The notes beneath the pieces are model-generated. The model searched no databases and had not been told where the DNA came from. It saw only the letters and a list, made by a program, of their open reading frames with translations. Position numbers and translations under genes: made by a program. From IMG/VR virus record IMGVR_UViG_3300042807_000233, positions 1 through 29,029 of that record: DNA of 29,029 nt; one strand, written 5' to 3'. This DNA comes from a virus. Its lineage: Duplodnaviria; Caudoviricetes. Shown here in pieces: positions 15,149 through 24,872 of the stretch (its first letter is position 1; every line of letters starts with the position of its first letter).

Positions 15149-18100
15149 TGGATCACCCAGGCGCCTGCTGTATCCCAGTCTGCCGCCACCAACAGGACGC
15201 CCGCATTGTTGATCGGCATGTGCACCGCTTCGATGTCATAGACGCCATCCTCGGTCGGGGTGATCCGGCTGATCTGATAGGTCCGCACCTGCGTGCTGGT
15301 CTGCTTCACGGTGAACATGATCCCGGCTGGCGATCCCTGCCCGTTGGTGACCGTCAGGGTGCCGGCGTCATTCACCGCCCCGCTGCCGCTCCAGCTCACC
15401 ACGTCGTAGGTCCCGTTGGCCAGTGGCGTGGTGCTCACCACCGTGCCATTGCCCAGCACGATGCCGTTGTTGAACTGGTCGTAGACCGTCGCATCCATCG
15501 CCACCCGGATCAGATCGCCAGGGCCCACGCCGGTGGTGATGCCCTCCATTCCGTTGTAGGTGGTTGTGAATCTGATCGTGTGGTCCCTGAACCTCCGCAT
15601 CCTCAGGGCAAACTTTGCCACGTCGATTGCGTGGTTGCGGTTGGTGCAGAAGTCCGACAGGTTGATCGACTCCATTCGCAGGCTGTCGCTGCCGTGGGGC
15701 GCCGCCTCGCGTACCAGGACCTCGCGTTCCTCGGCGAACAGGCCGGGGTTGGTTGGGTTGGTGGAGCTGCGTTCCTGCCGCCACTTCACGCTGATCCGCG
15801 CCGGCTGGCGGTCATCAGGCGCGATGGACTCAAACTGGAAGCTGCCCTCAGCGATGTTCCCGGCAGTAAACAGGGCCTTGTGGGTGACCGCGCCGAAGGT
15901 GATAAACGGTACCAGGTCGTAGCGCCCGCCCACCTCGCGGAAGTCCAGCAGCATCGCGCCGGCCGTGTCGGCGATCCACTGCCGCGGCGATTCCTGATCG
16001 ATGATCACGCCACCGTCGAAGAAGTACCGCCGATCGCGGCACCATTGCGCTGCCGATTGGAAGTTCGCCAGGTTGATCAGGTCGTCTGGGATGGGCCTGG
16101 GCCCGTACTTCACGTTGGTCAGCCGGTCCAGCGCCAGGTCTGGCAGCAGGTGCGAGGGGCCGGTGGTGAGGCTGTTGAGCAGCCGCCGCACCTCGGTGCC
16201 GCCGGTGACGTACCCGCTTAGCTGGCTGAACTGCCGCCACTCGAACGCCGAACGGGCATTTACGCCCAGCAGGCTGATGCCGGTGTACTGGGGGGCGGTC
16301 TCGTTCTCGCGGATTTCGTTGATGTAGACGATCTCATGCTCTGGCCCGTTGGCCGCCGTGGTCTGGGCCTCTTCGTAGACGAAGGCCTCGGCGAGTTTGC
16401 CCCAGGCGTCAAGGTAGTTGTTGTCATCCGGCCGCGGGATCCCGATCGACGGATCTCGCCGGGTGGTGGTGATGGTGAACTGTGACCGGGTGCGGCTCAC
16501 CACCTCCCCGCTGCTCCGCCAGGTGACGCCGCCACTGGTGCCGCTGACTGCGCCGGAGAGCTTGGCGTCGAGGATCAGCAGGTCGCCGGTGGCCGTGCCG
16601 CTGCGGATCTCCCAGCCGGTCAGGGGCTCGAACCGCAGCTCCCACCGCTTCAGCGATGGCATCTCCAGCCGCAGGTAGTTGAAGGTCGGCTGATCGCTGC
16701 CGGAGCGGATCCCGAAGCACGGCGCCAGCTGCGTAAACGCACCATCGCCGAACTCGCGGAACGACACCCGGAAGAACGAATAGCGCTCCTCTGAAGTGCT
16801 GATCACACCGCTCTGGTACTGGTCAACGTTGATCCGTTGGCCGCGCTTGATCTTGTCGTTCTCGCGGAACAGGCAGGCCCTGCCGTCAATCTCGGCCAGC
16901 GTCAGCGAGTCGCGGAAGTTGCACAGCCCACCGATGCGGATCCCGAGCGTGCTACGAATCCCGGCCTCAATGATTCGGCACTCGTTGGTGGTGCTCACGT
17001 GGCCCAGCGCACACCGCAGCAGGTGGGGCGCCGTGGTGGCCGTCTGTCGGGTTGTGCTGGTGGTCCCAGCTGCCGTGATCGTGCCGGTGCTCACCGTGGC
17101 CGCAGTGCCGGCCCGCACCACGCTGAAGGTGGCATTGATTGTCTGCCCGGTGCCGCCCGCGCCGTCCTCAGAATCGCTGACGAAGATCCGATCGCTGGGG
17201 CTGCGGCCGGAGCAGATCGCCAGGGCTGAGCCGATCTTGTAGAGATCGCCCACCACGATCGCGTCGTCCCAGGCCTTCTGCCGGCCGGCGACGGTGCTGG
17301 CCACGTCGGCAGCGGTTTCCTGTGCTGCGTCAAGACCCTCGATCGGGAACACGATCAACGCCTGCAGCCGCCGCGGGCTGGTGAGGGCGTTCACCGGGCC
17401 GGAGTCTTCATCTACGTCGCCCTCGAAGGTGTACTGATCGGTGCCTTTTTTTTGGACCGTGATTGTGACGTTAAACCTGGATTGGATCGTCTGGCGGCTC
17501 TGTCCTGTCAGGCCGTTGTCCACCTCGATCAGGTACTCCACCAGGTACTGGCCGGCGGCGGCATCCTCGTTGATCAGCAGGGTCCGCACCGTGTCCACGT
17601 CGAAGGTGGCCGTCACCTCTACCTGATCAGTGCCGAGTGTCACGCTGCTCACCGTCATGCGAGCCGCGAAATCAAACCCGGTGATCCGATCCTCGGTGTC
17701 TTCCTCGTAGATTTTCGGTGCTGACTGCAGCACCACCGCAGAGGCCCAGGTGGCGCCGCCCTGCGTGCTCTGGAACGTTGTCTCGTAATCGCTGCTGCGG
17801 TCGAGCCGATAGGTGAACGAATCGCCCAGGCCGAACGACCCGGAGATCACGCCGGAGCGGGTTGAGTAGAACGCTGATTCCTTCGCCCGCTGCACCACCA
17901 CGGACTGATCAATGTCGCAGGCAACGATCGCGTTGCCACTGCTGCCGATGGGCCGCAGCCGGGCGGTGAACTGCGGCCGGAGTTGCGGATTGAGCTTGAA
18001 TCCCAGGTTGTTGCCGATCAGGCCGTAGACGCCAAACGTGGTGGAGGTGCTGGGCTTGCTGGTGGCGCTGAACACCGCCTGATAGGTGTTGCCCAGGCCT

Positions 18101-18813
18101 CGGGCCATGAACACGTCGGCGCCGCCGTCGTTCTCTGCGTTGCCGATGTCGTTTGCAGCGGTCCGGCCGGCGATGCGATCGGCGGAGCGGATCCGGCCGC
18201 CGTCCGGGCGGTGGTAGATCGTGATGCGGGCGCTGCTGCTGTTGGCGCCGCTGCTGCCCAGGTCGTAGGTGCCGATGGTGCTGTCGCCGATGGCGAACCC
18301 GTTGGGGTCGATTCCGGCCAGCCGGCCCTCGCCGAGCATGAAAACGGCGCGGAGCATCTGGCTGCCGCCCAGGCTCCAGATTTGCGACCACAGCAGGGTG
18401 GCGTTCACCCGCACGCCGCCATAGGCCACGCCGTTGATGGTCTCGCGGTGTGCATAGACCACGGGGATCGCCTCACCGATCGCCGCCACGTCCTGGACCG
18501 CATCGAACCCGCCACGGGGCGCCAGGGATTGGATGCTGGTTTGGTTGCGGCCCTGCAGCTGCCGTTGGCCCAGCTCTGCGCCGCGGCGGTTGCGGGGGGC
18601 GCCAGGGGCCAGCAGCGCGCCGATCAGCTGTACGCCGATGCTCACGGCAGTCAACACCAGCACCACGATCTGCGCTGCGGTGAACTCGATGCCAGCCGTT
18701 ACCGCAGGCTTGGGCGCCTCTGCTGCACGCTTGCGGACCTCATCGCGCCAGATCTCGTACTGCTCATCGCTCAGGCCCAGCAGCTCAGCCAGATAGCGAT
18801 CAGATGGCAGCAT
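15145..18813 (-). CDS. Tail tip/host-specificity protein (lambda gpJ-like hub, with a gpI-like N-terminus)
   Basis: 1222 aa. N-terminal hydrophobic stretch then GEAIPVVY; C-terminal YFFDGGVI...LFTAGNI.EGSF...VKWRQE...FCTNRNHA...GPGDLIRV pattern. Confidence 0.85.
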   Translation of the reverse strand: MLPSDRYLAELLGLSDEQYEIWRDEVRKRAAEAPKPAVTAGIEFTAAQIVVLVLTAVSIGVQLIGALLAPGAPRNRRGAELGQRQLQGRNQTSIQSLAPRGGFDAVQDVAAIGEAIPVVYAHRETINGVAYGGVRVNATLLWSQIWSLGGSQMLRAVFMLGEGRLAGIDPNGFAIGDSTIGTYDLGSSGANSSSARITIYHRPDGGRIRSADRIAGRTAANDIGNAENDGGADVFMARGLGNTYQAVFSATSKPSTSTTFGVYGLIGNNLGFKLNPQLRPQFTARLRPIGSSGNAIVACDIDQSVVVQRAKESAFYSTRSGVISGSFGLGDSFTYRLDRSSDYETTFQSTQGGATWASAVVLQSAPKIYEEDTEDRITGFDFAARMTVSSVTLGTDQVEVTATFDVDTVRTLLINEDAAAGQYLVEYLIEVDNGLTGQSRQTIQSRFNVTITVQKKGTDQYTFEGDVDEDSGPVNALTSPRRLQALIVFPIEGLDAAQETAADVASTVAGRQKAWDDAIVVGDLYKIGSALAICSGRSPSDRIFVSDSEDGAGGTGQTINATFSVVRAGTAATVSTGTITAAGTTSTTRQTATTAPHLLRCALGHVSTTNECRIIEAGIRSTLGIRIGGLCNFRDSLTLAEIDGRACLFRENDKIKRGQRINVDQYQSGVISTSEERYSFFRVSFREFGDGAFTQLAPCFGIRSGSDQPTFNYLRLEMPSLKRWELRFEPLTGWEIRSGTATGDLLILDAKLSGAVSGTSGGVTWRSSGEVVSRTRSQFTITTTRRDPSIGIPRPDDNNYLDAWGKLAEAFVYEEAQTTAANGPEHEIVYINEIRENETAPQYTGISLLGVNARSAFEWRQFSQLSGYVTGGTEVRRLLNSLTTGPSHLLPDLALDRLTNVKYGPRPIPDDLINLANFQSAAQWCRDRRYFFDGGVIIDQESPRQWIADTAGAMLLDFREVGGRYDLVPFITFGAVTHKALFTAGNIAEGSFQFESIAPDDRQPARISVKWRQERSSTNPTNPGLFAEEREVLVREAAPHGSDSLRMESINLSDFCTNRNHAIDVAKFALRMRRFRDHTIRFTTTYNGMEGITTGVGPGDLIRVAMDATVYDQFNNGIVLGNGTVVSTTPLANGTYDVVSWSGSGAVNDAGTLTVTNGQGSPAGIMFTVKQTSTQVRTYQISRITPTEDGVYDIEAVHMPINNAGVLLVAADWDTAGAWVIQ

Positions 18814-19201
18814 CGCGGGGCCTCCAGTATTCGAGGGGCATGAGCTGGCCGGCGACCTCCAGCGGCAACCACTGCGCCCCGCGGCGGTGATGCACGATCA
18901 GCAGGCCGTCATCAACCACCACGCCAACACTGAGACCCAGGGGCTGGCGGTGGAGCGCCAGCGCGTACTGCTCCAGTCTGTGGGGGACCATCAGGCGCCT
19001 CCATTCCCGCTGCAGCTGATCCCATTGCCCGGCGGCGGCCATGGCGAACCATTGCGGGTCCAGATCGGGCATGGCCAGGCCAGCGGATCGGCGGACCTTG
19101 GCGGCCATCACCAGGCAGCAGATCCCGTGGCCGTCGTCCGGGTCGGCGCCGATCACATGCGGCAGGCGGGCGCTCACCCAGGCCGGCCAGTCTGCGGTCA
19201 T
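18800..19201 (-). CDS. Tail tip assembly protein, degenerate NlpC/P60 (lambda gpK-like)
   Basis: LPHVIGADP..G.GICCLVM...G..MPD...VGVVVDDGLL, positioned between the L-like and J-like genes. Confidence 0.65.
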   Translation of the reverse strand: MTADWPAWVSARLPHVIGADPDDGHGICCLVMAAKVRRSAGLAMPDLDPQWFAMAAAGQWDQLQREWRRLMVPHRLEQYALALHRQPLGLSVGVVVDDGLLIVHHRRGAQWLPLEVAGQLMPLEYWRPRDAAI

Positions 19202-19665
19202 TGCAGCGTCAGATTCCCGCTGGTGGGCAGCGCCCCCACCAGCACCTGAGACAGCACCCTGCCGCCGGGCGCCTTGACGGCATCAAGCGGGCTGGCCAGC
19301 TGGAGCTTGGCGATCGGCTCGCTGGTGTCGTGCTGCAGCTGCTGCGCCGCCCAGTATTCCGTGGTGAGCAAGACGCCGAGGCTCTGGTCAACCCGGTTGA
19401 CCTTGACGGAGCGCACCTCCAGCAGCCATTCGCTCTGGCTGGCCTCGGCAAACACGTTCAGGGTCAGGGCGGACGTTGTCGCGGCGATCACCGCCTCGGA
19501 TCGATCACCGCCACGGGTGCTGGAGTTGGTGGCCACGGCAACGGGAAGGTGAGGGTAGCTCTGGCCGTTGTGCGCGATGGTCTGGCCGATGAAGTAGTTC
19601 TGGGCCAGCCAGGTGGTATAGGTGCCATCCCGGCGCTTGAACCGCAGGAAGTTGCAGATTTCCAT
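19198..19665 (-). CDS. Minor tail tip protein (lambda gpL-like position)
   Basis: 155 aa directly after the TMP, with QNYF...Y..LP...LQLASPLDAV...P.RVL...LVGALP. Confidence 0.65.
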   Translation of the reverse strand: MEICNFLRFKRRDGTYTTWLAQNYFIGQTIAHNGQSYPHLPVAVATNSSTRGGDRSEAVIAATTSALTLNVFAEASQSEWLLEVRSVKVNRVDQSLGVLLTTEYWAAQQLQHDTSEPIAKLQLASPLDAVKAPGGRVLSQVLVGALPTSGNLTLQ

Positions 19666-22600
19666 TAGGGCAGGCCCGCCTGGCGCCTGATGGTGGGGTT
19701 GTTCACGTTCCGTTTGTGCGCCAATGCGGCGCCGCGCAGTTCAGATCTGCGACCGATGGCTTCGGCCTGCTTCCGTGTGACAAGCTCCTCGCTGTTGATC
19801 ACCACGGATTCAAAGCGGATGGTGCTATCACCGCCGCCTCCACCCATGCCAGCAGCGCCCATGCCGCCGTCGATGCCACCCCGCTGGAATGGCACGGACA
19901 GGCCTTCCATGCCGCGCTGAAACGGCACCGAAAGGCCACTGGTGGACGCTGCAGCGCTGCCCTGTTGGGATGATGTGCCGGCGGTGGGAGCACTGGCCTG
20001 GAACGGCACGGACAGGCCCCGCAGGCTGGCGCTGTTGATCGACTGGAGCGCCTCGGTGGCCTCAGCCGGGATGATAGTGCCGGCTTGGTAGGGAACGAAC
20101 AGCTCGGGGCCTTTTTCGCCGACTGGGTAGGGGCGACCGGCTGAGACGCCGCCGCCGAGAGCGCGACCGAAGAACGGGATGCCGGTATCGCCGGCTGCGA
20201 ATCCGCCTGGGTCAAAGCCGAGTGCAGGGCTAATGCCGCCCTGCCCACCCGCGGCAAACGTCGAACCACCCCCAGCCACCGGACCCAGCGCCTTCAGGAT
20301 CGTCTGGAGCGCGATCATGGCCATCTGCTTGGCGATGATCTCCGCGGCCATCTGCGCGAAGTTCTGGGCCACGTCTTGGAAGAATCCGGCCAGCACCTCT
20401 CGCGCACTGGCAGCGCCGGTGATCAGGTCGCGGAACGCATTGCCGAACGCCCCACCGATCGTCTCGGCAGACTTGCCCGCCAGGGTGGCGATGCTGGTCA
20501 TTTCGGCTAGGTCGTCTTTCAGGGTGGCGATCTGGGCCTCGATCGCCATGCCCTGGGTCTGGAAGGCGGCTGGCTCGGCGGCCTGGCTGGTCAGCTGCTG
20601 CATCATGCGCACCCGTTCGGTCATCAGGTCGTTGATGTCCTGTTCGGCCTTGACCTGGGCGTTTTTCAGGGCGTGCTGTTTCTCCGATTCGATCCTCGCC
20701 AGCTGTTGCTCAGCGTTGTAATCAATGCCTAGCTCGACCAGCTGTTTCTCCAGCTCTTTGAACTCCTGCTTTGTTTGATTCGCCTTGTCATTGATCTCCA
20801 TCTGCTCGAAGGCGTACTCCAGCCGGCGGCGTTCAAGATCAGTTGTTGCGCCCAGCAGCTCGCTTTCCTGGTTGAGCTTGACGACAGCCTGGGTCCTGGC
20901 CTCGATGAACTTTTCGAGCTCGGTGGTGGCGGCTTGTTGGCGTTCGCGGAGTTGCTCGGCGGCTTGCTGCTGTGCCTCGAAACCAGCATTATTTGCCTGC
21001 GCCTGATCAAACGCATCAAATCCCGTGTTTTCCGTTGACCCGCCAAAGAATGTCTGCAACGCTTTCTGCCGATGCGGGCCCATCCTTGCTACGCCACTCC
21101 TGGGGCTGGTTCCAAACGAATCGCGCGCATTGCGGTTTGCCCGTGGATTGCCCGCCAGCACCGTTGTATAAAGATCCTCAAGGCTTGCGCCTTGGGTGCT
21201 CATGCCAACACCCTTAAAGCGATCTTGAAAATACCTAACAACGGGCCCGGTTACCTGCTCCTCAAATGATTGATTAGGCGTTACGCCATACTGCCGCCGC
21301 TCAGGTATGCCAAACTGAATCAGCCCCTGATAGTTGCCGCCAGCGCCGCCACGAATTGACGGGCTGAAAGTGCCAGCGGTTTCAAAGCTGATGATCGTGG
21401 CCAGGTCGAGCGGGCTGACACCGAGCTTCTGCGCTGCGGCAATCAATGCCCTGGCGCGGCTTGAGGGCTGGAACGATGGCGCTGATCCGCCGCTACCTGC
21501 AGCCCCGCCACTGGCAGCCGCAGCCCTCACCCGCGCCGCTTCCCGTTCACCAGCCGCCGCGGCCTGGGCCTGCTGCTGTTGCTGCGACACGCTACTAGGC
21601 GTAAACGCTCTTTCGCCTTGATACTGCCTAAACAGCTGTTCTTCGCGCTGTCTGAAGAACTGCTGGCGCCCGCCGAAATCAAACAGCCCAAACGGCCTGG
21701 CGTTGGTGTCGCGTTCCGCCTGTTGCCGCGCCCTTAGTCGATCCTGAATTGCATTTTGAGCGGGTTGATCGCCACTGAACGCGCCAATCGTCTGATTGGC
21801 AGAACGCAATGCAGCCGCAACGGCATTGATAGCGGTTACGGTTGACGGCCCAAATACCCGAGCAAATGTTACGCCTAGGTTTTCAGACGCCACCCGTAGA
21901 TCAATAAGCGCTTGACGACCAGTCTTGAACTGCTCATTTAGCTTGCCTAATTGGGTATCATTTAGCCGATTTAGTGCATTTAACACTATATCTGTCGTGA
22001 TTTTGCCTTCTGCTCCTAGCTCTTTCAGCTCGCCAATCGTTACGCCCATTTCAGCGGCAATCGCTTGCGCAACCAGTGGCGCCTGTTCCCGAATCGACCG
22101 CAGTTCTTCGCCCTGCAGCACGCCGGAAGACAGTGCTTGCTTTAATTGAGTTAACGCGGCACTGGTTTCTTGCGCTGTTGCACCGCTATTCCTTACTGCT
22201 GCGGAAAAGCCTATAAAGGCCTTTTCGATCTCATCTAGCGTTACGCCGGTTGGCCTAAGCGACGCATACAGACTTGCGAAACTATCCTGAGCTTCAATGT
22301 TGCTGATTCTTAGCGTGCTCGCAATTCGCGCAGCCGCCACCTGTGCTTCGTTGTACTCTCCAAACTCACTCGCTAGCGCCTTTAACCTCACTTGAGCAGT
22401 TTCCGCATTCAGGCCAACCTGAAAAGCGCCCGCTGCAACCATCCCCGCTTGCGCACTGATTGCCCCAGCAATGCCACCTGCAGCGCCTGCCAGCAGTGCA
22501 TTGCGTGCAGATAGTCCATTGCTCGATCTGGCGGTGTTGTCAAGGCTTCTAAGCCTCCCCTCCAGCCGCTGAATCTCAGCCCCGTACTTCTGAAACTCCC

Positions 22601-22847
22601 GGCCACCGATCTTCGCCTGTTCCTGCAGCCCGCGCAATGCCGCAACGCTGGTGCGGATCCCGGCAATGGTGCCGTCATTGGCGCGGGCGAGCTGCAGCGT
22701 TGCGGTGCGCAGCGCTGTTTTCTCCCGCTTGGTTACCTGCGCGGCCTGGCCCAGATCCTGCAGCGACCGTTTCACCCGATCGATATTCCCGCCGCCCTTC
22801 ACCTCGGCCGACAGCCGGATGGCGGTATCCAGGCTCATCCGGGCCAT
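19665..22847 (-). CDS. Tape measure protein with an internal lysozyme/transglycosylase-like domain
   Basis: 1060 aa, Ala/Gln-rich and helical. Tape-measure motif ALTQLKQALSSGVLQGEELRSIREQAP; C-terminal RALGGGV..G.PY.VGEKGPELFVP; internal ISFETAGTF...YQGLIQFG. Confidence 0.95.
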   Translation of the reverse strand: MARMSLDTAIRLSAEVKGGGNIDRVKRSLQDLGQAAQVTKREKTALRTATLQLARANDGTIAGIRTSVAALRGLQEQAKIGGREFQKYGAEIQRLEGRLRSLDNTARSSNGLSARNALLAGAAGGIAGAISAQAGMVAAGAFQVGLNAETAQVRLKALASEFGEYNEAQVAAARIASTLRISNIEAQDSFASLYASLRPTGVTLDEIEKAFIGFSAAVRNSGATAQETSAALTQLKQALSSGVLQGEELRSIREQAPLVAQAIAAEMGVTIGELKELGAEGKITTDIVLNALNRLNDTQLGKLNEQFKTGRQALIDLRVASENLGVTFARVFGPSTVTAINAVAAALRSANQTIGAFSGDQPAQNAIQDRLRARQQAERDTNARPFGLFDFGGRQQFFRQREEQLFRQYQGERAFTPSSVSQQQQQAQAAAAGEREAARVRAAAASGGAAGSGGSAPSFQPSSRARALIAAAQKLGVSPLDLATIISFETAGTFSPSIRGGAGGNYQGLIQFGIPERRQYGVTPNQSFEEQVTGPVVRYFQDRFKGVGMSTQGASLEDLYTTVLAGNPRANRNARDSFGTSPRSGVARMGPHRQKALQTFFGGSTENTGFDAFDQAQANNAGFEAQQQAAEQLRERQQAATTELEKFIEARTQAVVKLNQESELLGATTDLERRRLEYAFEQMEINDKANQTKQEFKELEKQLVELGIDYNAEQQLARIESEKQHALKNAQVKAEQDINDLMTERVRMMQQLTSQAAEPAAFQTQGMAIEAQIATLKDDLAEMTSIATLAGKSAETIGGAFGNAFRDLITGAASAREVLAGFFQDVAQNFAQMAAEIIAKQMAMIALQTILKALGPVAGGGSTFAAGGQGGISPALGFDPGGFAAGDTGIPFFGRALGGGVSAGRPYPVGEKGPELFVPYQAGTIIPAEATEALQSINSASLRGLSVPFQASAPTAGTSSQQGSAAASTSGLSVPFQRGMEGLSVPFQRGGIDGGMGAAGMGGGGGDSTIRFESVVINSEELVTRKQAEAIGRRSELRGAALAHKRNVNNPTIRRQAGLP

Positions 22848-22873
22848 GTGTTATCCGATCGCCAGTCCTAGGG

Positions 22874-23224
22874 TCAGGCTATGGATCTCACCCCACCCAA
22901 ATACTCCCGCTCCAGCAGCCGCAGGTCCTCCAGCAGCCACACCCGATCGGAGCGCTTCACGCCCTCATCCTTGGCGCATTGAATGAACGCCCCGTAATCG
23001 AGGCCCACAGGGCCAGCCATGCCGACCCGCCACTGGGTCTGCATCTTCAGGAACCAGGCCAGTGCTTCGCAGTTCTCCGGCAGGATCCCAAACGTCATCG
23101 GCCGCTGCTCTACCTCGGGCACCTCCAGGCCGAACACGGCTGCAGCGTCCGCCGCATCCTTGCCGTCGTCAGCATCACCCTTCGCGGCGCCAGCGAGGAA
23201 CAGCGCCGCGTCTATGAGTTTTTT
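22874..23224 (-). CDS. gpT-like (DUF1799-type) C-terminal part of the frameshifted tail assembly chaperone
   Basis: The -1 frame is open from the slippery site to 22874 and contains ENCEAL.WF..MQTQWRVGMAGPVGLDY. Confidence 0.85.
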   Translation of the reverse strand, partial: KKLIDAALFLAGAAKGDADDGKDAADAAAVFGLEVPEVEQRPMTFGILPENCEALAWFLKMQTQWRVGMAGPVGLDYGAFIQCAKDEGVKRSDRVWLLEDLRLLEREYLGGVRSIA

Positions 23225-23673
23225 GCTCGGAAGCCTCCAGCCTTCGCTGCCGACTTCTCAGTAGGCCGGCCAACGCTTTCGGTCCACGCATTGAAGATGG
23301 CCGACGCAGCGCCTTGCATCTGCAGCATCCTGGCCTTGGTGGCTGGCGTGAACTCCAGCGGCTCATCATCCTCGCCCACCACCTCATCACCCCAGCCACA
23401 GAGCACCTCGGCCGCCAGGTCCTGGTAGGTGCAGGGGAGCTCCTCGGTGACGGGCTCTAGGTCGGAGCTGCCCCGGTAGTCCCTAAGGGCTTCGTAGCGC
23501 CTGACCGTGGCCACCACCAGCGCGTTGTGCCGTTCGTTCAGCTCATCGCACTCCTCCTGATCGAGCATCCGAAAATGCGCGGTGAAGGTGTAGGCCTTCT
23601 TTACGCCTGATTTGGACGGCAGGTCAACACTTACCGGCCACTCGATGTGGTCCAGCTGATACAGGTGAAACAT
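23212..23673 (-). CDS. Tail assembly chaperone (gpG-like)
   Basis: Lies between the tube and TMP genes; WPVSVDLP...FTAHFR...LCGW..V...D.PLEFT; ends in AKNS over a slippery site. Confidence 0.85.
   Translation of the reverse strand: MFHLYQLDHIEWPVSVDLPSKSGVKKAYTFTAHFRMLDQEECDELNERHNALVVATVRRYEALRDYRGSSDLEPVTEELPCTYQDLAAEVLCGWGDEVVGEDDEPLEFTPATKARMLQMQGAASAIFNAWTESVGRPTEKSAAKAGGFRAKNS
23218..23224 (-). other. Programmed -1 ribosomal frameshift site, A AAA AAC
   Basis: GCA AAA AAC TCA TAG at the end of the gpG-like gene; the -1 frame continues as LIDAALFLAGAA... Confidence 0.85.
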
Positions 23674-23678
23674 GAGGA

Positions 23679-24872
23679 TCAGAAGAAAACGAGGCGGGTT
23701 TCGTCGTTGCCAGCTGCGGACTTGGGCAGCGCGGTAAATGGGATCTGCAACATGCTGGTCCCGTCAGAATCAGAGAACGAGAGGTCGCCACTGATTGCTG
23801 CCTTGGGACAGAAGAAAATGGAGCTTTCGGTAGCCGTAGTGCCCTGTTGCACAACGAACGGGCCATCGCTGGCGCCGCTGTTGTCAGCTGCGGCGGTAAA
23901 GAAGTTCTTTGTCGCCACAGGCGGGTTTTCGATCGTGATCGTGCCGTTCGGGTTGGGGCGGTCGGTGATGCGGGCTTTAGGTTCGCAGCCAATCAGTGAG
24001 CGGAACACGGTCGACAGGCCCCAGTCGAACGTGAACCCTTCAGAGCAGGGATTGAATCCCTGGAACCTCATCGCTTTGGTGTGGGTCGGGGTGACAGGCA
24101 CCGGCTCGGCCTGGTTGCTGTAGATAAATCCTTCAGCGCTCCTAGCGGTGGGGGTGGTGTAACGGCCGACGCCGGTAATCGTGAACGTGCCGTAACCGTT
24201 CAGAGTGCTGTTGAGGGCCGGGCTGCCGCGGAATCCATCGATCCGGTGAACGTTGGTGCCGTCCTTCACCGCCACGATGGTGCAGCTGCTGCCGTTGCCA
24301 AAGGTGCTGATCGGCTGCAGCAGGGACAGCGCGGGGATCTTGTAGCCCACTGCGCCGCCAGTGAAGGATGCAGTGGAAGGAACAACCGTCACTTCACGGG
24401 TCGAGCCGTTGTGTGCCACGATCACGCCCTTGTGGCCGGTGTTGGCGCCGCTGGTGATCTCGATTGGCAGGCCCAGGTAAGCGTCAGTTGCGGGGTTGCT
24501 GCCGCCTAGGTCGGCCAGGGTGAGGGTGTTGGCGCCGCCTGCGGTGGCGGTGCCGGTTAGCTCGGCCATTGCCGAGACGTTCATACCGGCCGCCTGCAGC
24601 AGGGGCGTGAACCGGGGGGCAGTGGCGGCAACGCCAGAACCGCCCCACTCGAACGTGATCGTGACGGCCGCGTGCTCATTGGTCAGCGGTTGCCGGTCGG
24701 CGCCGAGGAACCCCTTGATCAGGGCCCGCTCCACGCGAGTACCAGTGATCGGGTTGATCTCCAGCGACACGATCTTTACCGCGTCGGTATTGGCGATCGA
24801 GCTGGCCAGGGTGCCGTAGCTAGTCTCGGCCTTCACCAGCGCGAAGCTGTTGCGAATCAGGAGATCAGTCAT
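23679..24872 (-). CDS. Major tail tube protein with an inserted beta domain
   Basis: VKAETSYGT...VERALIKGFLGA...FEWGGSGVAATAP...LLQAAG...RITDR...G.ITIE...LQIPFTALP...GNDE. An insertion of about 75 aa runs GTATAGGANTLTL...GYKI. Confidence 0.88.
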   Translation of the reverse strand: MTDLLIRNSFALVKAETSYGTLASSIANTDAVKIVSLEINPITGTRVERALIKGFLGADRQPLTNEHAAVTITFEWGGSGVAATAPRFTPLLQAAGMNVSAMAELTGTATAGGANTLTLADLGGSNPATDAYLGLPIEITSGANTGHKGVIVAHNGSTREVTVVPSTASFTGGAVGYKIPALSLLQPISTFGNGSSCTIVAVKDGTNVHRIDGFRGSPALNSTLNGYGTFTITGVGRYTTPTARSAEGFIYSNQAEPVPVTPTHTKAMRFQGFNPCSEGFTFDWGLSTVFRSLIGCEPKARITDRPNPNGTITIENPPVATKNFFTAAADNSGASDGPFVVQQGTTATESSIFFCPKAAISGDLSFSDSDGTSMLQIPFTALPKSAAGNDETRLVFF

